From: the human T2T-CHM13v2.0 reference genome, Homo sapiens
Assembly: GCF_009914755.1 (NCBI RefSeq)
Contig: NC_060930.1
DNA length: 64,000 nt
Reading direction: 5' to 3' (one strand)
In this document: piece after piece, positions 40,050 to 54,624 of the stretch
Position numbering within the stretch: position 1 is the stretch's first letter
How the letters are laid out: each line of letters opens with the position of its first letter
Program-made: the position numbers and the translations under genes
The notes under the pieces: model-generated
Told to the model about the DNA's origin: nothing
The model's database searches: none
What the model saw: only the letters and a program-made list of their open reading frames with translations

Positions 40050-42119
40050 ATAATATACACATTCATGTGTGACCATGTGGATGGTGGAAAGATCTAAGTA
40101 ACTATTAACTATTGTTTATTATTATTGTCTTGTAGCCTCATATCATCTCTTGGTTTTTAATTTTAATTAATGATTCTTAGGAAACTATGAATGGCAGGAC
40201 TTTAATAATGTGGAGCAATAATAACAGAAATGAGATTTAAAAGAAAACAACAAATTCAAGCAATGCGGGAGAAATTTTATTCATAACATTGTGATTAGGT
40301 CACCTAGTTTCTCATTAGCTCTTCCAATTTTTCCTAACAGATGCCTCAGTGAGTTGTCAAAAATGATCTAATTCCAGCCTTTTTAAAGGCTTGGTGCTTG
40401 CAGCAAAGAGTTCAGTTGCTTTAGCAAGTTATCTTATGTAAATATGGCCAGTAGCATCCTGGTAATTTGCCTCCAGAAAGTAATCTAGAATTTCATTATA
40501 AACTCTTATTTATTCTCACAGCATCATTCAGTGTACTAAGCAGGGAGAATTCCTGTTTAAGATTTTCATAATTTTATCAATGACTTACCAACATTGCTCA
40601 GGCTTTTCTTGTAGAGTATCATCCACAATACACTAACATTGCAATTGTCTTTTTAAAAATATTTTCAATTTCACATAAGACACTGCAAAAAAAATCATAC
40701 AGAAAAGATATATTTGAGCTTTGCAGTTTGTATAGCTTCTCCAAAGAATGCAGTATGTCAAATGCAAGTGTTCACAGTATATTAAAAATTGGTTAGGAAT
40801 CAGTGTTTCCTTTCTATACTGTCAGATTAATGCTCTTTGCTTCAAGACCACACAGAAGAAAACCCAACATTGTGGACCCTCCCTACCTAACAAAGTCTCA
40901 CAAGGTGAACTCATTCTATGTTTGAAGTGAGTCTGTTGGATAAAGACTATCAAGGACTATGTAGACACATTAACTGAAGTCTATTATGGAAATTTTGTCT
41001 GAAAATTTACTTTTCTGCCCACTTAATCAACTTTTTGATAAGTTAATATATAATAAAATGCATTCAGTATACATGTGAACCTTGGAAAACATAACCTTAT
41101 TTAATACTACTCATTTATATAGTAGTGAGTGTGTGTGAATGAGTGAATGTGCTTTATTTCTCATTTCTCCACATCCAAATCTTTCTCTTATGTTCTGTTT
41201 TTGAAAACTTCATAATCAGCAGATTAAAACTATCTTGAACTTAGGGATGATTTTTCTCAGTTTATACTTCATTCTGTAAATAGAAACGTTCTATGTAACG
41301 AATAATTTTTGTATACATGGACGGTCCATGTATACGATTGCTCCATACTATGAAGGTTCCTGATTTTGAAGCTGGGTGAGTGAGCTGAGAGCGAAACAAA
41401 TCTAGTGATCTGTCATTAAGTGGCAATTGTTGTTTAACTCCCTTCACTTTTCTCTACCACAAGTTTCTAAATTTCTGCTGTCAAGAACACACCTGAATTT
41501 CTAAACCATTCACAAACACAAAATGACATGACAGACACAAATATCTATGAATGGGGGTAAAGATGCCTTCCCAATATCTTCAAGTGTCTGCTTTGTCTCC
41601 AGGTTTTGCAAACTCAATATTTGAGTCCACAAATATGCACAAAATTTTTTTCACTGAAATAATACGGTGTCTTGTGAGTAGTTTTATTTTGGAGTTTTTG
41701 GCTAAATTGTTTTTGAAGGATTATTGAATTATCTTTTATATAGATCTTTAATATAGTATGATGTAGTTCTGGTAGTTTTATGAATTCTGGAAAATAATGG
41801 GTGCTTGGAGACAATAGTAGAATTTACTGAATATATGAGGTAGGCATATATGATTGATTTTGGAGGGCATTGTTTTTATCTTCATTGTGATTGCAATAGC
41901 AACATAAACATGTTGTAAGTAGATAGGCAAATAAGAAAATGTAAATATTGATAATTTTTAACTTATAATCAATATAAACTTTGGTTTATATTCACAGACA
42001 TAGACAATGTTTTTATATTAAAAAGTTTAAAATTTTAATTGCAAATATTTCAAATATAAGAAAACTATCAGAAATAATATGACAGACATCCATGTATCCA
42101 CCACACAGATGGCCATCTA

Positions 42120-42480
42120 TTCATTAATTCATTTATTCATTCAACAAATATTTATTGGGAACTACTAAGCTAGATGTTGTTCTAGGCACCTGCAGATTCA
42201 GCAGTAAGCAAAATAGATCATAATAAATTCAATCCATATGTAAAAGATGGTGGTTGCTGATGATTGCTATAGAAAAAAGAAGAGCAGAGAAAATGCTAGG
42301 GAATGTGGGAGGATGGGCATGAAATTTTTAAGAAGGTGCTTGGGAGGTCTCACTAAGCAGATAACTTCTGAGACTTGAAGGAATTGAGGGAGTAAACCAT
42401 GCAGATACCTGGGGAAAGAATGTTCACAGCAGAGGACACAGCAAGTGCAAATGCCTGGAGGTGGGAATGCATCTGATGTC
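42120..42480 (-). mobile_element. L2a 3' end
   Basis: attcatttattcattcaacaaatatttattg...ttctaggcac. Confidence 0.75.
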
Positions 42481-44194
42481 GTGAGTCTCTCTGTTATCTC
42501 TCTGTCTGCTTCATTAATTTCTATCCTTGGTCTAATGGTTTTCTTTCTTCTACTGATTTGTGGCTTACTCTGTTGCTGAGTTTTCTTCTTACTTTCTTTC
42601 TAATTTATGCCTTGCAAACTATAAATTTCCCTCCAAATGCCTTTTTAGCTGAACATCACAACCTTTGAAAGAGGGTATATTCACTGTGGTCCATTTCTAA
42701 ATATTTTATAATGTCTACAATTTTATTTCTACTCAGTAATTATTTGAAGTGGTTACTTTAGATTTCTTAAGTGTGACAAGTGGAAAGGAGATTGCGGTCT
42801 TTTATTATTGATTTCCAAATTTAATGCATTGTATTAAGGGAATGCTGCTTATGTAAAATGATTCCTAGATATCTTTGAGGTTTGCTTTGTAGCTTGTCAC
42901 TAATTTTTATTTTAAAAAATCCATGTAGAAATGAACATATTTTCTGTAATTGTTGGAAACAGTGATTATATGTAGTCATCAGAGCAAACTTGTTAACTGT
43001 GTTGTCAAAATTGTCCATTTGCTTACACTGGGAATAGTCTATTCCCTTACTTATTTGCCTTCTGGGTCAATGACTGTAATAGGTAAATTAAAATTTCCTG
43101 CTATGTTTATAGATTTGTAAATTTCTCCTTGTAATTCTGTCAATTTTTGCTTTGTATACTTTGAAGTTTGCCTGGTAGATAAATGTAAATTCAGAGGGAT
43201 AATCTTCCTGGTAATTGTTACTTTTATTTCTGCTAAGAAGTCTATTCCATTTATTAAAATATTAATAATATTCTAATATTAAAAGCTTCTATTCCAGTTC
43301 TCTTTTGGTTACAGTTTTCCTGATAGATCTTTTTTATCCTCTTACTTTCAACATTTCTGTGAGTGCATATTCTTGGTGTGTCTTTTTAAAACAATATATA
43401 ACTGAATTTAGTTTTTAATGCAATCACTTTCTTTTAACTGTCAAGCTAAATCCATATATGTATTAAGAATTATTTATTTATTCACATCTAACTTTGTTTT
43501 GCTATTCATCCTTTTTTTGTTACTTCTTTGCTTTTTTCTGCTTTCAACTAGATGGATTGAGGTTTTAAATATATTTTCTCTTATTGGTTTAGAGATTAGA
43601 CATTTCATTTTTTGTGGTTTCAGCAGATACACTCACATTTTTAGCATTTTATACTAGAATAAAAATATAAATAAATTTATGTGTATTTAATATCCCTATC
43701 ATACCCTAGAAAAATATAAGAAACTTACTGAAATCATCTTAAATGAGATCATGTCCATCCCTAGAACTGTTATTGTTATATATATCTGAGCTCTACTTTG
43801 TTTTGAAACCCTGAACTATTATCTTTTTAAATTTTTATAGCAAATGCTTATCTAAATTTCCTCATGTGTTTCCCAATATTGCTCAACATTCCTTCATGAA
43901 TTCATTTTTACTTTTCAGGTTCACATTCAATCTTGAAGGGTATGTAAGTGGTAAATATTTTCAGTGTTTAGACTAAAACGTATCCTTATTTAACCTTTGT
44001 TCTTGAATGATAATTTAACAGGATCTAGAATTCTCTAGGTTTTCGTTATTTTTTCTGAGCACTTTGAGGACAATATTCACTTGCCATTTGGTCTCTATTG
44101 TTGCCAACAAAAATTCTTTTGTGAGGCTAATTGGTGTGACTTTGTGGTCATCTGTTATTTCTGGTTGCTTTTAAGGTTTTCTCTCTGTGGTGGT

Positions 44195-44615
44195 TCAGGT
44201 CTTCTGCAAAGGACACACCAAGACAAAATTAGAAACAAGAGATTTGGGGAGGAAAGTGGCTGTGAAGGACAGAGCAGAACGGGAAAGGAATAGATAGAGA
44301 CAGCCTTCAGACCTCAGGGCAGGTGTGACCCGATAAAAGGGGAGGGAGAAGAAAGGAATATGGGGTAGGAAAAGGCTCAAGTAGCAGTGCAGCCAGGCTC
44401 CTGGGGACCTGCTAAGTAGAAATGGCTGTGAGAAGAGTTTGGCATTAGCAGGAAGGCCTCAGCTGTAGTACCCCACCATGCCTAGCACAGAAGTGGAGCA
44501 GTCTGGGGAGAGAGTGGCCTCCGCACACACCTGTGGATCTGAGGCTGTCGGCTGTCAGCTAACTGCACGCCTGGTAGCAGCTCCCCTTTAAGAGGAGAGC
44601 TGAGGGCCACCACAC
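44195..44615. mobile_element. Probable ancient ERVL-type solo LTR
   Basis: GC-richer, purine-rich block interrupting L1M; cagccttcagacctcagggcaggtgtgacc motif. Family not determined. Confidence 0.4.
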
Positions 44616-44827
44616 TTGTCTTTCATGTTCTACAGCTTCACTAAAGTGTCTAGATTTACTTTTATTTTTCCTACCTTATAATCTTGCATTTCTTCTCCTA
44701 CATTTCATATATTTCATCATAAGCTGGTGAAATTTCAGCCATGCTTTCTTGGAAAATGGCATCTCCTACCTTTTCTCACTTTCTTGAACTTATATAGTCG
44801 ATAGATATGTTCAATATCCTCATTCCA

Positions 44828-45133
<306 letters not shown>

Positions 45134-45904
45134 TCATTATTTCTAAACCACCCTTTCATATTTGCCATATATTTATTTCACTATACTTCATTGTGAAAAT
45201 GTCCTTAGATTTCTCTTCCAGTTCAGTATTTTATTGAACTGGGTCTAAAATACTTTTGCTTCATATTTGCGTTTTCATCTTTAATTACCATATATCTCAT
45301 TTCTAGAAGATACATTTGTTCTTTAAAAAAAAATCTACCGAATTCTATTTCAGTGTCCATTCTTTCTCTATAATTTTGATCTTTTCCTTTATCTCCAGTA
45401 ATCTGCAACCTGCTTGTTTTGTGGATTCCTTGACATTGTTCCATTAACTTGTGTTCTGAAACTTCTGTCTGCTGACTCCTTCTTGATGGATTTCCTTTCT
45501 TTTTTATTTTTTATTTTTATTATTTACTTCTTTTTCATGTCATGTTTTGGGATTGCTTCCAAATAGTTTCCCAGAAATTTTGCCATTCTAGAACCAGTTT
45601 ACACATTCCTTTTTTTTTTTTTTTTCACCTTAGATATCCTGTACCATTCAGATGTCAGTTTCAGATTTGGGCTTTCAATTTTTTATGTGGGTTGCTATTT
45701 GTTTCTTTTTTCCCATCCTGGGATGACAGAAAGAAATTGGCTTGTCACTTCCCTGGAATGATGACCTTTTATTTCTCCTTTCCCTGAGGGGCAGCCCAGG
45801 GTCATGCTAATGCAAAGCTCTAGGTTCCAGTTCCTTCACTTTGGCTTCTAATTGGACAATAAAACCCTAACCCTATACCAGAGGTCTCAGAAGTCATTAA
45901 TATC

Positions 45905-46390
45905 TTTCTTAGATTTGGTTCGCTCAGAAGCAGATCCTGAGACTCAAGGGCATTCCATATTCTTTGGGAAGTACACAGACCTCCAGGAAAACAAAACAAA
46001 ACAAAAAAAAAAAAAAAGGGAGGGGCAGGGAGACAAAGGAAATCAATAGACTGTTTTTAAGCCAGCAACGTCAGTGGATGATTAAAGTGGGAAACGGGAA
46101 AGAGTGTAAAACACGTGCTTCAGAATTAAGCCACCCAGAGGGCTGAAGGAGCTCGTATATTTATACACCCTATCTGGGGAGTCATTGGTTGAGGGTTACT
46201 AGAGCAGAAGCAGGAGATAGTCTTTGACATCTCCAACGTGCCACATGCAATTAGAGCAGGTTTCCAGAGTTCTGGGGAAAGGAAGCCCTAATTTATAGAG
46301 AAGGAAATCCTGGCAGTTCCAAGTCAAAGGGAATACCCTAAAAGGCCCAAGGGGTATGGACAGAGAACTTTCATCATCTGCCGCAATATC
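45905..46390. mobile_element. Probable ancient ERVL-type solo LTR
   Basis: cagaagcagatcctgagac...tttgggaag terminus resembling LTR33-class elements. Confidence 0.4.
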
Positions 46391-46619
46391 CTGTTAGTTG
46401 CCACGTTTCTCTCATGACCATAACACTGAATTTAAGTTACTTCTTTGCTATGGTTCTTAGAAATTTTATTTTCTTTGATATTTGTTTAATAAATCATTTA
46501 CATTTTTATTACATATTTTATCAGTCTTTTTTTTTAAAATAGTGTGTTTATAGTGGGAAAGAGGTCTGCTTACGTCAGTGCTCATGTTGTTAGAACCAAA
46601 CTTTCAAAATATTTTAATG

Positions 46620-47380
46620 TACACTTTAACTTTATAAAATAATACTAAATATGCCATCACAACTTGCCTTAATATTCAAAATAACTTTGACAACTTTTCC
46701 ATAACCATAAATGTAGGTCCACTTTACTTTGTAAAATGTATTTCTCCAAATTAATATAGATATTTGTCTACAGATGTCGCTATTACAAAGAATGCAATAA
46801 ACATTATTTTACCTATTCTTTCATACGTATGCTTGTATATCTTTGGTATAAATTCCTAGTACTAGATGGCAGGGATCAAAACTTTTAGCACATTTAAACT
46901 TTAACTGATATTTGTGAAATCTGCCTAAATTGCTTTTAGCATTCTTTATTCTCACCCACAGCTTGGGAGGGTATCTTCTTTTCTATCCTTACCAAAAATC
47001 TATAAACATCAGTCATTTGATTCTTTGATGATGTGATGAGTCAATAGTGATAGATCACTTAATTTGTTTTATCTTAATTATTAGAGAAGGCAAAACATTT
47101 TATATATTCCTGACAATTGATATTCACATGTACGTATTTTTATGGGCCTGCCCCCTTTTTTTATTTGATTTGTAACAGCTTTATATTATGAACACTAGCC
47201 CTTTGTCATATATCTTGAGTATATTTTTTGAAGTTTATATTTCATTTTTTGAATTTGTTTATTGTGACTTTTTACCCATGTAAAATTTTATGAAACCAAT
47301 TTCATCCATTTTTGACTTCATGGTTTCTCATTTTTCAAATCACACATTTAAAAAGCCTTCTATAATTATTAATTATAAAA
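46620..47380 (-). mobile_element. Old L1M 3' fragment
   Basis: ggtataaattcctagtactagatggcagggatcaaa, aacactagccctttgtcatat. Confidence 0.55.
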
Positions 47381-49465
47381 AGATTTTATGCAGTTATTGG
47401 ACGCCTCCCATGAATTGGATATACCATGGCATGAGGGGAAAGGGACAGAGATGAATAAGAAGCCTTTTATTGCTTCAAAGAGTATCATATTAAATATAAA
47501 ATATTTTTTTCTCTAGAAGGAATGAAGTAAATAGACCTTTTCCCCTCTACAAACAAACAAGGGAACAGATAACAAGTCTCTAAACTTGTGTATCTTTTTT
47601 AAAAGAAAAACTCCAACCAGTCAAAACATCAACAAATATAGTAAATAATAATATTCAGAACTGATCAGCGAGAAAGCCAGGCCTAGAACTCAAGGTCTGT
47701 TTATATACTGATACTGTAAGACTGGCAAAAACAGTGCCACTTCATTAGCCAAGGCATACTCTGCAGGACCTACAAAAAGTGGTTTTTTTTTTCTTAAGAG
47801 TACTTTTAAAAATATTTAACCAATACTCGTCTCAGTAGCATTTGTAGACAACTGTAATGACCATAATTTGCTAAATGTTGATGCAAGAAAAATACTTTTT
47901 AAAGACATAATCCCTGTCCTTAAGGAAATACAGTTGGAGAGGCAAACTATATATGAATGAAACAGCCTAAGAATGATATGAAGACCAGACAAAACAATGT
48001 GGGATAGATCTTGTGCTTATGGTCAGAGCTTAGGAAAAGGGTCCTCAGTGCCCCTGTGGCAATCAACAAGTATTCATACTAACTCCATGTAGAACTTCCT
48101 CAAGTTGTAATCTTATAGATTGTATTGATGCTTGCTGATACAAAGAACTCTTAGACATTGGGAATGATATAAATCTAAATAAAATTATGTATGTACATAA
48201 TTATGCAAAACTATAAATATCTACCCCCAAATTAAATAAGGACAACCCCCAAGTCTTGATGTTTTAAATGTTAATGTAGTAGAGCAGAAAAGTGAGCAAG
48301 CCATGAAGGCAGATGCTCTGGAAAAATCACTCTTGTTTTCATACGCATCGTAAAACATCACCCCACAAACCACATCCTGACATTGCTGACATTCACCCCT
48401 CCTATACATGCTCAGCCTGAGCCTGTTTGGCTTGAGTTGCCTGACAGTAAAACAGGATTCAGAGGGAAGATGAAAGGGAGAAAGCAGTGGACTACAGATA
48501 ATCCACTAAACAGAAAATCAACTCAGGGAAGTCTCCGCTTGGGGCCATGTACTTTGGGAACAGGAATGTTGGTGTATAACTTGAGGTCTCATGAGTTTAT
48601 TCATCCAACAAACACTTATGAAATACCGACTACAAGCCAAACATCATATGTTTAGATGGGTGGAGTCAAGAGGCACTTTTTAAGCAGTTAGGGAAGGAAA
48701 ATCTCAGGCAAGGGTACGGTAAGTTGTATGTGTAGAACTAAGGAAAACATCACAGACATAGTCTGATGGCTGGGAGGAGGCCTCAGATTGGCAGTAGAAA
48801 AACTGAAAGTAAAACAGGATTGAAAGCAACGCTTGAAAGCAACACCATGAATATAAAGAAGTAAATTTGTCTTCATTCCCCTGTCCTGGGACTTAAGAAA
48901 AAGAGAATTTGGAGCTGATCTTCCACTGGGCCCTGAAGTTGAGAGAGGCAGAGGAAGTTAAAGCCAAGATTGCTATGCAAAAGAAATCTTTCAGCAAAGG
49001 GGATTTCAAAGTACTGACCTGAATAATTTCCATTTGGGGCTGCTGAAGAGAAGCAGTTGTGTTCACGGGGTGAAGCAAGGAGGAAATGGGAAGTTGTCTG
49101 GATGCTTTCTTTGCAATCAAGATAATACTAGAGCTCAGTAAGTGAGGAAAGAAAATTATAAGTTTGCTAATAGTTCTAATCCCAGAGATGCTGAAGAGAA
49201 AACTCTTTTTCTTTTCTAGGCAAGAGTCATCTCAGGGTAAATCTCAGACCAGGTATGAAGTTCGCACATTTCTCTCAGTCAGTGTATTTCAGAGCCTGGG
49301 AAATACAGAGACCCCATGGGGAGGGTAGGCACCATTTGCTTTTATTGCATTTAAGTTTTTTGGAACATGCAAGTGCCCTATGCTGTTGTATGAGGCTACA
49401 TGGGAGCATATCTTTGAGACTCAGAAACTGTTGGAATCACAATGATGTATAAAGAAACAGTAAGG

Positions 49466-49795
<330 letters not shown>

Positions 49796-52562
49796 CTAAT
49801 AGGCAGGTCCCGCAATATATTTTTTAATAACAAACACCTACTGCAATGACCTGTTAATGTAGAGCAGCTGTAAGCCTGAAGACTTAAGGGAATAGAAGCT
49901 AATAAACCCAGGCCAAAGTGTACTGTAGATAAGGCAACTTGTACAGACATCAGAATTGAATCCATTTGAAGTCACTAACATCTCTCTAGATTATTTCCTC
50001 TCTTTCTCTACATTACATGGGATTTTATTTTAGAAGAACTCAAAATACTCTAGAAGAAGGCAGTTGAGGTTACTGCATTGTATAACTGAAATAACTGTAC
50101 AATTATATTTGTTACACATTATTTAAAAAAAAACAGACTTGAAAATGTGTTGGAAACAAACTTGAGAAATACCTGTCTACCTCAACCTCTTCCATCTTCC
50201 CACATGCGTGTTTAATTTGTAGACTGGGTTGAGGTGTAGTCTTTATTTAGTAGAGGTGAAATTCTTTTGCCATATTTTTCATAATATGTTTTGGCACCAT
50301 TCTTCAATTTAGATTTAAATTTGCAAGAAGTTATTAGGCTTGGGATGAGAAGGAAGGCTGGCAGGAGCAGCTGGCCTGATTTATCTAAGGGAATTACTCA
50401 AAGCCTGTTAGGTATAAAATTTGTGGTGAATTTTCCTATTGGATATCCACAGCCCACCAAATTCTCATTTATTACCATGTGGTGTGACCCCCGCTGAGAA
50501 CAAAGACTTCGATTAAATTATTTTCTGTTTCCCTGAGTTACTGACAGCGCTAAAATATACTATGAACCTCATGTAAAAAAATAAAAAAGTCTTCAACTAA
50601 GTAAAAATTATTTCCAACTTTCTCTCCCTCTGTGTTTTTCCTGCTTCCTGGCTCTCCCCTTTGTTGTTTCCCTTCAATATCAAATCATATTCCACACTGT
50701 TTTTCTCAGTTTGAACATTCTCACTTTCTCCCTTTCCATTCATCAATCTTTCTGCCACCTTCCCCTTAAGTATTTCCTCAATTTAAACCTTATTCAATAA
50801 ATACATACACTTCACAGACTGAACAGATGGATTACAGGACTTTTTCCCTTGAGATTTCCATGTATAGCAATTTTCACTTCTCAAAGAAAATAAAGGTGAT
50901 GATGATAGTGTCTATGCAGTTTTTTAAAGTAATTTTTGTGCTGTGTGAGCTCTGCAACTTCAGAAGGCAGGCTCCTTACCACACTTGACTTGTAATTTCT
51001 ATTTTGTTAACTATATCTGTTATGCTGAGAATAACAGATTGTCTTCCCCTATTTGAACACTTTCAATGACCAGTGGAGACCTGAATATTTCACTAGATGG
51101 CCGGTAGTTTTATGGTTCCCATTATTATAAAGTTTTCTATTACAAAGAGCTGAAATCCATTTCTGTTTTTCACCATTGGTACAAAAGAGAACAAATATAA
51201 TCTCTTTTTTCATAAGGTAGACATTGAAACATCAAAACACAAATCTCCTCTTTTTCAGACTACATATCCTCAATTACTCCAGGCATTCTTCAGGTATCAG
51301 GGTGTCCAGGTGCCTTGAGTTCATGGTTTCTTTTTACTAATACACTCCATTTGGTCAAGTTTTCTCTTTAAATCTTGTCACTGATCTTGAGGAATGGCTT
51401 AGTCATACACAATTTATGTCCACCACTAAAGTACTAATGTGTATTCTATATATGGAAAATCCCCCTAAAGCCTGTTAAACATGCGGCTCAATTGGACATA
51501 CACTAGGTGTCCTAACAGCTCTGTTTAACAAGGTGACACTGAGCCCTCATGAGAAGGCCTTCAAGCCTGCCCAGCTCACATTTGCTTATGTTTTCTGCTG
51601 CTTAAATAATAACAGTTCAGCAAAGTTAAGTGAGGACTGTCTCTCAATGTCTAATATTTATTAACGAGCTATGTTAATTCTCCTAGGCCATCAAGTCCTA
51701 GGAAAAGAAAGTAAATTTCTATGAAAAGTAATTTCTAAGTGTGTCTGCAAAATCCGATGATGTTTATTGCTTAAAATATGAGTCTGCAATAGACGGTGCT
51801 TTAGTCAACAAGACAATTACAGTAAATAAATGTTGTCAATGAGATCAACAAGAAACCTGCTTTATTCAAAGAACTTTCATCAAGTGCTCACATGTGGCTG
51901 GCACTGAACTAGGCTGTGTCCTCTGTCTTTGGTCTACACTCTTTGGGCTTTCAATTTGGGTCAAAATAAAGAGAGACCTCATATTTCCAGGTCACTGAAT
52001 GTCCTGCACTGACATCTAAAGCATTTGTTTCAGGGCCTCCCTTACCATGCCGAAGCTCTTTCCTGCTGGGGTGCCTCACTCTGATGTACTCAGATCACCA
52101 GTGAAAGGAGCTGGCTTCTATTAATTATCAGGTTCTGCCCAGCCTTGCTGGGTTAAATGGACATGACTAAATTTGCATGGTTGATTTCCCCATCGGCAAA
52201 GTCATCTGGGTTTCAGCTTTGTTTTGCGTTTGGTAGGAAGGACTCATTTAATACACTGAATATGACTATATTTTATAAATGTTTCATGTAAAATAATCTC
52301 TGAAGCTTAGTATGTATAAATAAATTCCTGCCATTTGAATTATAGCAGCTCATATCCCACACATATGCAGAGTTTGCTTGCCAGTACTGTCCATGTGGGA
52401 TAAATAAATATCGCTATATATTTAATGGGTCTATGTTAGCTTCATATTTTGCTTAAATAATGGGTGAAATTAAATATTCCAAATTCATTTTTTTAAAAGT
52501 AGATTCTACTAGTAACCACTTAGTGTGTATTGACTTGTCAGAATTTTCAGAATTTAAAGCAT

Positions 52563-52597
52563 GCTCCAGTGGCGCAATCAGCTAGTGTGCAGTACTT
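52563..52597 (+). pseudogene. 5' half of tRNA-Ile(TAT), tailless retro-fragment
   Basis: gctccagtggcgcaatcagctagtgtgcagtactt matches the recalled tRNA-Ile-TAT 5' sequence GCTCCAGTGGCGCAATCGGTTAGCGCGCGGTACTT at 30/35; four of five mismatches are CpG transitions. It stops in the anticodon loop and has no B box. Confidence 0.85.
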
Positions 52598-54051
52598 GGT
52601 ATCACAATGTGCAAGGTATGTAGGTTCTTTCTTCTAGTCATCACATATGATCATTACAATTCTATTTTGTGCTCTTTTCAACCAGTCTTTCCGGCAGAAT
52701 TTTCAGAATTTTCCTGATTCGATATCACAGAAGTCCTTTCTATGGCTTTTTGACTTCATGTCCTTGAAATCTCTATCCTGGTCCCAGTACTTTCTTAAGG
52801 TCACTAGCATCCTGTACACCAAATCCCATAACACTTGCTGGTCTTATTCTCTATTGACTATGGCATTTAATAGCATTGACAGTCAGTAGTATTTATAGAA
52901 CTCTCTTCTCTTGTTCTTGGGGACACCTATATTTCTAATTTTATTGATTAGTCAATAGATATTTATTGAACACTGGGATTGTATCATGTGTATCTTTCTT
53001 CTTGTCTCCTTCCACTGCTCTTTTCGTGATCCCTGAACTCAAATCCAGTCTTTGTCTTTCACTGTTTTTCTCGAAGCTGTCTGCCTATGAGTCAAATTAG
53101 TAAAATTACAGGAATTTTGAGTTAGAAGGGACTATAGTGACCAGTTAACTTAGTTAGCATTCTACAGATGAGGATATTACACCCATTAAATTAAACGTCT
53201 GCTCTAAGATCTCACAGCATGTCAGCGGCAGAGCCCACATCAACTCATGGAAAAGCCAGGGGGATTTCCATGCCGTCACTTAACTTGTGTAGAACCTGAT
53301 TCAGGGTCTTCTGAAGCCCTGATCCAACCCTCCACTCTCCTGGTTTTCTAGTTCTGCCATCATATTTCTATTCTTCTCTATTTCAGAGTCTAGATTTTAG
53401 TAATATTTGATATCTCTCAATTTCTCACTTCCCCCTACTCTTAGAGCCAAATATTCATGATGTTTCATAAAGCCTGTTATCATGATGCCTCATAAAGCCT
53501 GTCATCATGATGCCTTGAAAATGTGGGGAGGGTTTTGTTGTTTGTTTGTTTGTTTTTTGTTGTTGCTTGTTTGTTGTTTTTTTTTTTTTTATCTCACTGC
53601 CACTACCGTGGCCCAGGGCTGCATCTGCATAATGGTGTGCACCTTTCCAGTGATCTCTCGGGCATCATCAGTCCATTCTACACTCAAATGTTTGAAATAC
53701 CACTCTTCCCACATCAACATGTCAGAAAACCAGTGCTGATCTCCATTTATAAACAGTTCTCTTTAAATCTTTGTAAATGTTCAGAAAAATAAGAGAGTCC
53801 TTTGGAGAAGCAATGTCTATTGCAAATGAAAAATACACACATTCTGCTATTAAGTGTAACCCCATTCCAAGAAATTAAGCTTTGAAGAAGAGGAAAACAA
53901 ACAAACAAGCAAAAGTAAAGAGGTTACTGAAAGAAAAGAACTAGCTAGCTGCTGGAAAGACTGGTTGAAAAGAGCACAAAATAGAATTGTAATGATCATA
54001 TGTGATGACTAGAAGAAAGAACCTACATACCTTGCACATTGTGATAGCAAG
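52595..54051. repeat. 103-bp inverted repeat (arms 52595-52697 and 53949-54051, 2 mismatches)
   Basis: Reverse complement of the second arm aligned by hand to the first. Confidence 0.95.
53465..53514 (+). repeat. 25-bp tandem duplication tcataaagcctgt(t/c)atcatgatgcc
   Basis: Seen directly; 1 mismatch. Confidence 0.9.
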
Positions 54052-54624
54052 CAATGCTGAGAAAACATGTGAGATGGAAAAGCAAAGCTGAGTCCAATCA
54101 GTTGTTTCTCATAACTGTTAAGACAAGATGCTCTGGCGGACTCCTGTTAATTCACAGGCATGCAGGCACATTTTGATCATGTGTAAAAACTTAGTCTATA
54201 ATAGAGGATCCTTACTGCTGTGGAGATTTCTGTCAGCTTTGAGCAAAACGTACAACTTGACTCAATTTAGTTTGCTGCTAGTTTCTTGCCTAACCTAATA
54301 TCAACCCCCGTCACATTTTCTGAAACATACAATGGCCTTGCTTCAATCAGGACAGTAAACAGCAGTAGTCAAATGGCAGCTGACTGAAGAGTGAAAAATA
54401 CTAAGATACCGTTGAGTGCTTTTAAGGACACCATAAGGTGTCCTTATATTGTAGTTGTAATGAAACTTTTCCTGAGTGTAGGGTTGTGAATCAATAGCAC
54501 CTTTATCATGCAGGTGTGCAAGAAGCCAAGGACCTCTGCAGGATGATAACAACATGTTACAGCAATATTTCCTTCCCTTTATCATCTTTTTCCTACCTTT
54601 TTTCCCTTAAGGAATATTTGCAAA

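Noticed and set aside
52563-52640. Possible intact tRNA gene
   Set aside because: Only the 5' half is present; no T arm, B box or 3' acceptor strand.
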